Source of the DNA: Piedraia hortae CBS 480.64
Lineage: Eukaryota
Direction: 5' to 3'
Assembly: GCA_010093745.1 (NCBI GenBank)
Contig: MU005964.1
Coordinates: forward strand, 1 to 64,000
DNA: 64,000 bases
A program made the position numbers and the translations under genes. Positions 55,527-64,000 of this stretch are shown here, piece by piece. The notes under the pieces were generated by a model. The model made no database searches and was not told the DNA's origin. It saw only the letters and a program-made list of their open reading frames with translations. How positions within the stretch are numbered: position 1 is the first letter of the stretch; the number at the start of each line of letters is the position of its first letter.

Positions 55527-57367
55527 TGGGGCAAGGGGAGGCAGTATACCCAGGAGAGTTTAAGATTGCAGAGACTTGTGTGCGGCATACGAATGTTCAA
55601 ATCTTTACGCCGTGGCACGTCTTTCAACTCCACGAAGCTTTTCCAACGGGCCATCAGAAGTCGACGAGGCATTCGAACTTGGCCAAAGCGCTGCTTCTTT
55701 GGTTGGATATGCTCTTAGAGGATCTGTATAGATAGCTTGGATGGTGCATCCAACGATGGGAAATTCAACTTTCTTTTTGATGGTTCTCAAACGAGGGTTT
55801 CAGGACAGGAGCAACAGCTCTGAACCGGAAAGGATGCGTTACTGGAGACAGGTTTCTCGATGGGAGTGAGTAGTGGCTTCGTTTCGGTCCCCAAAAGAAG
55901 ATTTCAAGACCGGAGCAGCAGCTCGGAATCGTCAGATGTGTGTTCCTAACGTGGGTGTGGAAACTCATGTGTGGGTTGTCTTGTCTGGAGCACTTTTTGT
56001 GTGTTTTATCGGGGGAGCTTGGCTGAAGACCTTGGATATAGAGAGAAAGTTTTTCCACTAAGGGTGGCAGCACTCCAGATCATAGTATTCCTATCTATCT
56101 CATCGCTTCTGCATACTTCATCTCTTGAGCTTGTGTGAGAGCTACTTCGCAAATTCATCCCGGACTAGAAGGTCTATAAATATTGGCGACTGGTTCGTCT
56201 ATGTGAATCGACAAAGACAGCCAAACAGTGTTCAGGTATAGTCAAGGAAAGACGGTCAATTTGTGACGGACCCTGTGCATTCTAACCGTCTTATCCCTGA
56301 ATGCAGAATTCCCTGAAAGTTAAAGCCTTGATGAATAAAAACCCTCCATGCTATTATATGTCCCTACGGTAGAACGGGGAATCTGTGTAAATCCTCCTCG
56401 CTATTTTTCTCCCTCCACCCTAAACTGGGATGTGGGGAGTGTACTACTTATCAGACGGCGGCAAAAGCCTAATATTTTGATACCGCAAAGGACTGTAAAA
56501 TCTTGCAATCAGTGTTCGGATAGAACACTCAATGCGAGAACTGCAGTATTCCAATAGCCTCCAAAGCAGGAGGACTGGAAGCTAGACCTTTCAGCAAAGC
56601 ATCCACACTGGGGAAAATTCTCTGGTTACCCTTTTGAGCCTTGGCGATGCATGTGCAACTTCGGACAGCTTCTCATCCTCTCACGGGCCTCTACATCAAA
56701 CAGCCCAAAGATGCTCCTGCAGGGGTATCCGAGAAAACTATTCCCTGGGTGCAGCGATTTGCCATCACGGAGAGTTAGATCATGCTTCTTCTACTCTCTA
56801 AGCACATCGCTAATTTTAATCCCAGCCCACTGTAGAGATAAATGTGTTCACGAGATGGCGCAGATTCTTCGCACGTCGAGTTTGGTTGCGGCGGTACTTA
56901 GACTTCAAGCCTCCTGTCAAAACTCTGGACCATCTGTTCTTCACCGCCATGAAGTTCTCGCCCCGGCTCAGCGGGAGTCTGCACGTTTTTACGAGACATC
57001 TGGGTGAATTACCCACAGCGCACCTCCATAGTGCTAACGCAAGAACCCGCCGAATTTTCTCTATGTGATCTCTCTATTCCCAACCATCTCCGCGAAGCTT
57101 GCAAGGCACCGAGAAACAGACCCGTACCGCTGAAGGTCAGACCTACCTATCTCGGGTCATCAGGGAAGGGGGTCAAATCACCAGTTCGGTGTAAGGAAGA
57201 GTACCTACCTTCCTACCGTTATGAAAAAATTTCAAGGAAAATTGTAGTGGGCCACTTTCGTATCGAACCTGCGAAGCCACCCTGCTACACCACCTTGGAA
57301 AGGGATAAAAAGTTCATAATACACCCGAAAATGTTTGCTAAACGCATTACCAGTACAGAAAGTGTAC

Positions 57368-59765
57368 CTACCCCACCGGCGGCGACGGCTTCGGCATGGG
57401 TGAGGCGGCAGCCGAAGCAGCAGCTGACGCGACAGCTGAAGGGACGCCCGATGCAACAGCAGAAGCTAGCCCCGACGCGGACGTCGACGCAGCGAGGCTC
57501 TTTGAACCTCTAACCCCATATCCGGAGCTGAGAAAGCTTCCTGCCCCAGACGCACCAGGGTAATTACCACCACTGCCGGTTTGGCCTTCAGCGTGAAGTC
57601 GTCGTTCGCGATACTTGCGTCCGTTGATGATGTTTTGTAGACGTTTGCGCTCGCGCGGTTCCTGGATTTTGGTCCAGTCGAGGTCCTCGCCGGGTTCGGC
57701 GTAGTTTTTGATATCGGCTAGGGTCGAGCTGGAGATTTGGTTCGTGCTTAGACCAGCGCCAGTGTAGAGGTGGCTGGAGGGGTTGATTTCGGCATTGCTG
57801 TTGTAGTTATTGGTGTTGTTGGTGTTGAAGCGGCTGGAGGGAGGGGGAAAGGTTGCTGTGTCGGTTAATGCGCGCACAGCTGCTGCTGGTGGTGCTGTGT
57901 CGGATGAGCGGGTAGGGACGCTTCGCTCGGTTTGGAAGAGCCCTTGGGTCCACCGTGGGAGACGCTTGTCGCGTTCGTAGAGCAAGCCGCAGTTGGCGCA
58001 TAGCGTCTGTGAAAAAATGTTTAGTTGGGTTAGAGGTGGGCTGATGGTGACTTACTCTCGGGCCACTGGGCCCATCTCTGACGCCCCAGACGGCCTGGCC
58101 CCAGATGTGGCAGTGGCTGCACGTCCAGTACTGTCTCTCGCCGTCAGTTAGCTGGCCAGAGGTACCGCCAAACCCGGGCATATCGGGCGTCTCGCGGCCG
58201 ACAGGAGTCAAGCTTCTGTACCGACGCTTCTTCTTGGACCGCTCGCCTCTGCCCATTCGTTCCTCCTCAGCCCCACCATTAACCTGGGCGAGGTAGTAGT
58301 CGTTACCCGGCGTTTGAAAGCCGTAAGTGTTTGTGAACCGTGCCGTTTCGCGTCTCGCCCTCCTTAGTTGACGTTCGCGGTCTCCTTCACGCTTTTCGAT
58401 TTCCTCTTTGCTGAGAACTTCGATCTTGGGCTCCCACGTGGAGCATAGGCTATCGTCGTCGAACCGCCAACCGGCGCCCTCGCTCATAGCTGGGGTGCCG
58501 TCGGCGTGGTAATCACAGACATCGTTGTCGAGCTCGCCGTACGCACCCACACCGGAGCCAACAACACCGACTAGGCTGCCTCCATTGTCAACCATATCTT
58601 TCTTCAGACGCAGAGTGGCTTCGTAGATGGCATGAGACATGGCTGGCACCCATTCGCCGCTGAGGCCCAGATCAGCACACGTCTGCTTGGCAAATATCTC
58701 GGGGAAGCCCGGTGGGTGAAGCAGCGACCACTCAAACTTGTCTGTGTAGAGCTGGTTTTTGAGGTTGATTGAGATTGTGAGAATGCCGCGGTGGCTGTCT
58801 GGTGGGTTCAGAACCGAGTAACCGGAATCTGGGGCAGATATCTGAGCTGCAAAGGCCGGCGTCGATGTTCCGTTCAAGGGAGTTGATCGGCCTGATGCCT
58901 CGCCGTTGAGCTGAGAGATGGCAGCACTCTTTGCTACAAAGTCTGCAGATATGGGCGTGGCAGACTCTTCCCGCGACGTCAGCGGCTGCACAGACGGTGT
59001 GTGGCCCGTCGTTGTTGGAGCAGCGGTCTCGGGCTGGAACATTGGGTGCAACATGACTGCCGCGCTTTCCTCCAGCTGCTGCCTAATGGATGTGGCTATC
59101 TCGACCACCAACGCCTGCTTTCTTTGCAGCGGAAAGTCCAGTTCCTCGACCATATTGCGGGCGAATTGATCTGGGGTAATGAGAGACTCGTGCAGGTTCC
59201 AGGTGAAGCTGTCTTTGAGACGAAAGGGCGGAGTGACATCTGGCACTCTGTAGGCGGGCGCTTGTTCGTCTATTCCCAAATCCCTAGCGTTTACCGGCGT
59301 GGGCAAAGCGGCTTCGGGACGGTAGGGGGCGATGTCGAGATCGATGCGGATGGGCACCAGCACGGTCGGTAGCATTGCAGGCACGTACTTTTGTGCGTCT
59401 GGAAGGCCGCGTTTGGGCTTTCCGAGCCAGTCTCGCCATATCGGCTGTACCTCGACGGGTTCATGGGCGTCCCTTCCGAGCTCCGACGCCCTCGCCCTCT
59501 CTGCCGCCAGCTCTGCATCCCGCCGCGGTTGAGTGCGGAGCCCAGTCGGCCTTCGTGGCGCATCGGAATCGTCGATACTATCGTCCTCGAACTCTTCTGC
59601 GTAGTTGATGGCCGTCGTGCCGCGTTTTGTCGTCCGTACCTGGGGCGCCACAACCTGCGGCTGTACGGGCGACAAGAGGGAGTTTCCATATGCTCGCAGC
59701 CGCGGCGCGAAACTTGTCACAAACGCCTGCGGCGCGTTTACTCGTTCATTGAGATCGCCAGCCAT
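57368..59765 (-). CDS. SFH1: RSC subunit Sfh1 (SNF5 domain) with a GATA-type Zn finger and bZIP-like basic region; exons 59765-58056 and 58006-57368
   Basis: RTTKRGTTAINYAE, VPIRIDLD, KDSFTWNLHESLITPDQFA, YTDKFEWSL, TCADLGL, IEKREGDRERQLRR. CSHC..RDGPSGPR|TLCANC spans a 49-nt intron (58007-58055). Confidence 0.92.
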
Positions 59766-60052
59766 GGCGGCCGCCGCTGCGGTCGTTGCGCTACAATCCC
59801 GGTGCCGATGCGGTCGCGGACGTATCGCGATTTACTTTAGTCTCTCATCGACACCAACGGACGGTGGAGGCGCGCGTGTGTTTGGGCGGGCAATTGGCCG
59901 GTCAGCTTTCGCGTCGGCGCGTTTGGGGTTCAAGGAACGTGTGATATGCAGCGGCCCGGCCCGACCCAGCGCTTGGCGTCATGACATCTCAGCATCTGAC
60001 CAACTCGGTCATGAGCATCTGAAATGTAAACAATGTAATCATCAGTGCTACT

Positions 60053-60979
60053 TCAATACGTTGCAGGAATCTGCGTCAACGATCCGCCATCAGGCGTTAT
60101 AATCTGTCCATTCATATACGAGCCCGCCTGACTAGCCATGAACAAGAACACTCCAGCAAAATTCCTTTCGCTACCCATTCTCTTGCTTGGATTGAATTTG
60201 CCGGACTGGGTAGCATACGCATCGGCAAATGCATCGTCTTGACTTGGTGGGCCAGTGTACTTGCTCATGTGATCTGTCAACATCGTCGTTGCCTCACTCG
60301 GATACAATCCCGGGGCCATGGCATTGCATCTGATGTGGTGATCGTACGTTGCTAGAGCTATACTGAGCATCTTGACAAGGTGGTTTAACCCGACCTTAGA
60401 CATGGTAAAAAGGAAACTCAGCGTGGGCTCACGAGAGAAAGTGAGACCGGAGGAATTAATGATAATCTGGCTTTCCTGAGCCAACTTGCCTTTTTTTTAT
60501 TTCCCCGCATCCAACAAGGAAACAGGGAGGCGACACCAGTGAAATACGTGGCTGTGGAATTGAGCTCGAAAATCGAGCTGACTCTCTTGGCTGGCATTTG
60601 CCAGAGTGCGTCCTGGAAGTCGTTGATGCTCGGCTTTTCGCCTTTGGCTTTGCAAGGCTTCTCTATCAAGAGGACCGGCTTGGCCGGCGTTAGCAAAAAG
60701 GAGGTTGATGTATCCCTGCTCTTGTCGAATCTGCTCAGCCATCATACCAAGGGGCAGCCTTGTCCGTTATGTCGCCTTCGATTGGCTTAATAGTTCCATT
60801 GGACGCCCGTTGCTGCGCCTTCCTTTAGCGTCTCCTCTCGTCGGCCAATAATGTACACGGCTTTGGCACCATTTGCGTCCAATGCTCGTGTCGCGTACAG
60901 GCTTAGTCCGGAGCGACCACCGGTAATTACTGCTACAATCCCGTTGACTTGGAAAAAGGTCTGATGCTCTGTTGTTCAT
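60053..60979 (-). pseudogene. Short-chain dehydrogenase/reductase pseudogene
   Basis: Blocks FQVNGIVAVITGGRSGLS..VYIIGRR, GYINLLFANAG, IRCNAMAPGLYPSE and YMNGQIITPDGG are spread over different frames (at least 4 frameshifts). The cofactor motif ends GLS and the catalytic YxxxK reads FTMSK. Confidence 0.88.
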
Positions 60980-61979
60980 ATTGGTGCAAAGGAAGACGGT
61001 GGCGACATGACGTAACCATGCTAATCATTCAACGGCTGAGCCGGGAAAGGCATCCTTTAGGAGCAAGCAAACAATCCTTTTGCACTCGCCTTCTTTTGGC
61101 TGTGCTAGAAGTAGATCATGTCTTGTCACTTTGCTGACCACGCTAAGTCTCAATCCTGCTGCTCATGCTCTTCCTAGGGTAACAGGGTGCATGTAGAACC
61201 GCTATCAATGCTGGGTACAGTTAAAAGGGGACGAACTGATAGTGCGAGTACACTGAGACGTGAATGTATGTATAGTTGTCTTTTACTGCACACATTAGGG
61301 GCCGTTGTTCATGGTCATCACGTGACACAACCTTCAACTGGTATTTATTGCATGCAGCGGGAGACACTCCTGTTTGATGGTATCATAGCATGTATGACTC
61401 TGTGCACCTTATACGAAGCTTGTTGCCGAAGAAGCACATAGGCAGGTACACAATGTGCTTTTGCAGCCCTACGGGACGGAAATCTTAATCCTCCAGGAAC
61501 GCTCCGCCGCAGCCTGGCAGGTACACGCCAATGAAATGACAAACGTCGCGCCCCGTTGCGTGGCTCTGGCCTGCGACGGCGAAGGGCAATAGCTCCGGCG
61601 TCTGTGATTGGCGCCCGCATGAACCAGGGTCAGCAACATGCGGGCGCTTGTGGGCTCTAACTTCTGCACGGCGACGTCGTTCCCGACCTATCGCAGCCGG
61701 CAGCTGCACAGCGTACCTGTGTGCTATTAGCGAAACCCGGGCGGTGGCTAACATGGAGTTTCATGGCTGCAACACCAACTTTAGCCGCGCGCTCAAGGGC
61801 AAGCGCAGGACAGTCTGTAGTTTGTCTGAGCCAATGGGCCACGCGTCCATGTGCGCGAGACGCCTGTCCTTGCTTTGTCACGGCTGTCTCTGCCATGAAT
61901 GGTCATTGGCAGCGCGTATCAAGTTTTTGTTATTCACGGCTGTCTGCGACAAGCCAAGTCTTGACTCACGCGTGGTAGG

Positions 61980-61986
61980 TATATAA
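61980..61986 (+). promoter_or_regulatory. TATA box of the LPMO gene
   Basis: TATATAA followed by a CT-rich tract, about 150 nt upstream of the ATG at 62134. Confidence 0.6.
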
Positions 61987-62133
61987 GAACACAGTCCGTT
62001 CTTTTTTCTCTTCTTCCCTACTTCACCCACGCCCCAGCCGCGTCACCACAGTCCTTTACAAAATTCCACACACTCCTTTGATCCACTAGCTGGGCTAGGA
62101 TCTGCACACTCTCTTTCTTCATTCCACAACAAC

Positions 62134-63321
62134 ATGACGAAGCTTACCCTCGTTGCCGCGCTCTTCGGAGCTGCCACTGCCCACATGATCATGAAGACGC
62201 CTGTTCCCTTTGGCGTTGACACGCTCAACAACAGCCCGTTGGTTGACGCCGCCATTGGCTCCAGCGGCTCCGACTATCCCTGCAAGCTGCGTACGGGCGT
62301 CTATGACATCTCTACCATGAACAACATGACGGTCGGCGAGAACCAGGTTCTGTCCTTTACCGGCTCTGCGAGCCACGGTGGAGGCACCTGTATGCTGGCC
62401 TACACCACTGACAAGGAGCCCGATGCCAAGACTCAGTTCAAGCTTTTCCAGACGTTCCAGGGTGGATGTCCCATTCAGGCCGACGGCAACGACGGCTCCA
62501 AACCCTTCAACTTCAAGCTTCCTGAGGGTACCCCCAATGGACGTCTCACCATGGCCTGGATCTGGTACAACCGCATCGGCAACCGCGAAATTTACATGAA
62601 CTGCGCCCCCCTCGAGGTCACTGGCGGCTCTGACAACATGGACTTTTACAACTCGCTGCCCAATGCTTACATTATCAACTTGCCGACGTCTGAATGCACC
62701 AGCATTGAGGGCTCGAACCTGGAGATCCCCTTCCCTGGACAGTATATCGAGAAGGACAACACTAGTCCGGCTGCGGCTGCTTCTGGATCGGGATGCGCCA
62801 AACTCGCCGCAGCCATGACCCAGGGCGTCTCCGGTTACCATGGCGGCTCTGGCGGCTCTGGCAGCGCTGGCGGCTCCTCTGCTGCCAGCTACGGCTCGGC
62901 CCCAACCTCGTCTGCTGCTGGTAGCTACGCCCCGGCCCCGACATCCTCCGCCGGCAGCTACAATCAGCCCTCTTCTGCCAGCAAGTCTGGTTTCACGACG
63001 GTCCCCAGCAAAGCTCCAGCTTACACTGCGTCCAGTTACGCACCCGCCATGCCCTCTGCTGCACCTTCTGCAGCGCCCAATGGCGGCAGCGGCTCTGGCA
63101 ACTCCACCAACACAGGCAGCTGCAAAGGCGCCAAGGACGGGACTATTGTCTGCAACGGCAAGGACCAGTTTGGTCTGTGCAATGGCGGCAGCGTTGCCTG
63201 GCAGCCTGTTTCGCCCGGCACTTCGTGCAACAACGGAATTATTCAGAAGAGGGGCGATGTCCGTCACGCCCACCCACACGGAAGGGCTCACTGGCACAAG
63301 ATGGGCGTTGCGCAGTCTTAG
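62134..63321 (+). CDS. Secreted AA11 lytic polysaccharide monooxygenase with S/A/G linker and C-terminal Cys-rich (X278-like) module
   Basis: Signal peptide ends ATA, giving a mature His1 (HMIMKTPVPFG). Second His in GSASHGGG, axial Tyr in WYNRIGNREIYMNC, four-Cys C-terminal module. Confidence 0.92.
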   Translation: MTKLTLVAALFGAATAHMIMKTPVPFGVDTLNNSPLVDAAIGSSGSDYPCKLRTGVYDISTMNNMTVGENQVLSFTGSASHGGGTCMLAYTTDKEPDAKTQFKLFQTFQGGCPIQADGNDGSKPFNFKLPEGTPNGRLTMAWIWYNRIGNREIYMNCAPLEVTGGSDNMDFYNSLPNAYIINLPTSECTSIEGSNLEIPFPGQYIEKDNTSPAAAASGSGCAKLAAAMTQGVSGYHGGSGGSGSAGGSSAASYGSAPTSSAAGSYAPAPTSSAGSYNQPSSASKSGFTTVPSKAPAYTASSYAPAMPSAAPSAAPNGGSGSGNSTNTGSCKGAKDGTIVCNGKDQFGLCNGGSVAWQPVSPGTSCNNGIIQKRGDVRHAHPHGRAHWHKMGVAQS

Positions 63322-63462
63322 ACGCATGTAGAATGAACATGTTACATATTAGGCGTTAAAAGTCAATCGGGCAACCGGTGTATGGAGTATCGTAGTTTGG
63401 TGGATACAAAGACATGAACATTATCATCATCATCATCATCAATCATCATCGTCATTTCTCTT

Positions 63463-63948
63463 CTATTGACCCTGCTTTAGGATTCCCTCGATGTGCAGCC
63501 GCGAGTTCTTTGCAGTCTGGTCTAAGTAATGCATCTTCTTCTCCAAGTCTTTGATTTCTCTCGTTACCGTCTCCCCTTCCTTTTCCTGTCTAGCCGTTAC
63601 GTCTGGAATGGATGTCTGTACGAACCTGATTGTATTGTCAGTTCGGCCATCAGCTAATAACCCAGCCGAGAGTGTCCGCCCTACTCCCAACACAATGAAA
63701 CTTACATCTTCCCCACCCCCTCCCAAACCCCCGTCCCCTTTGGAAGAGAATTCAATTCCTTTTGCGAGAGTTGAAGAACGCGCTCCTCGCGTTTCTTCGA
63801 ACCGAGTTGTCCGCGCACTAGGGAGAGTTGTTGTTCTGCAAAGATCGCTTTTGATGAGATTTCTTCCAACAGCTACGGAAAGGGTTAGAGGGGTTTGATT
63901 GATCTGACGGAGACTTGCTTGTTGAAGTTTGGTGTTGGGAATTGACAT
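63463..63948 (-). CDS. PFD1: Prefoldin subunit 1 (exons 63948-63919, 63872-63706 and 63625-63463; 119 aa)
   Basis: Spliced product MSIPNTKLQQ|LLEEISSKAIFAEQQL..VWEGVGKM|FV..LEKKMHYL. Intron 1 is GC-AG (GCAAGT..CTAAC..TAG, 46 nt); intron 2 is GT-AG (80 nt). Confidence 0.9.
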   Translation of the reverse strand: MSIPNTKLQQASLRQINQTPLTLSVAVGRNLIKSDLCRTTTLPSARTTRFEETRGARSSTLAKGIEFSSKGDGGLGGGGEDVSFIVLGVGRTLSAGLLADGRTDNTIRFVQTSIPDVTARQEKEGETVTREIKDLEKKMHYLDQTAKNSRLHIEGILKQGQ

Positions 63949-64000
63949 TGTAGAAGTTGTTGGTGGAGTGAGCCGTTAGCGCGTAGAACACTGTTATACG

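Noticed and set aside
54977..55735. ORFs of 144-231 aa crossing the 17-bp repeat
   Set aside because: Open only because the purine repeat lacks stops; they span an N gap.
55560..57360. Possible decayed gene downstream of the minisatellite
   Set aside because: Only short ORFs with no recognisable family or convincing splice pattern.
57807..58055. C-terminus of the 652-aa ORF as given in the track
   Set aside because: It is read-through of intron 58007-58055; splicing restores the GATA finger.
62119..63327. 402-aa antisense ORF over the LPMO gene
   Set aside because: Shadow ORF caused by biased codon usage on the plus strand; no recognisable motifs.

Overview
This is a gene-dense, intron-poor window from a filamentous ascomycete (Pezizomycotina; probably a compact Dothideomycete-type genome, which is an inference). 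It holds about 24 intact protein genes. Housekeeping genes: GCN20, SAH1, a PAP2 phosphatase, PEX20, SEC13, TRM11, a Grx6/7-like glutaredoxin, TRP4, mitochondrial uL10, MTC6, a stomatin-like protein, MET14, PEX4, RNase H2A, GCV1, VMA5, a DUF2439/Mte1-like protein, SFH1 and PFD1. There is also an AA11 LPMO, a patatin, and several hypothetical proteins. Coding introns are short (43-80 nt) and many intergenic gaps are very short. Four things are not visible in the ORF track. (1) At 25.2-26.3 kb, a non-coding host carries six box C/D snoRNAs in six consecutive introns, and some of these introns are separated by exons of 0, 1 and 2 nt, which implies recursive or micro-exon splicing. (2) At 2.1-8.4 kb, a head-to-head pair of a patatin and a small orphan gene is tandemly duplicated, with one copy intact and both genes of the other copy decayed. 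(3) Sfh1 ends in a GATA finger plus a zipper-less bZIP-like basic region. (4) There are decayed transposon relics (CMC/CACTA-like and LINE-like) and an SDR pseudogene. Family assignments and rRNA target positions come from recalled motifs, not from database searches.
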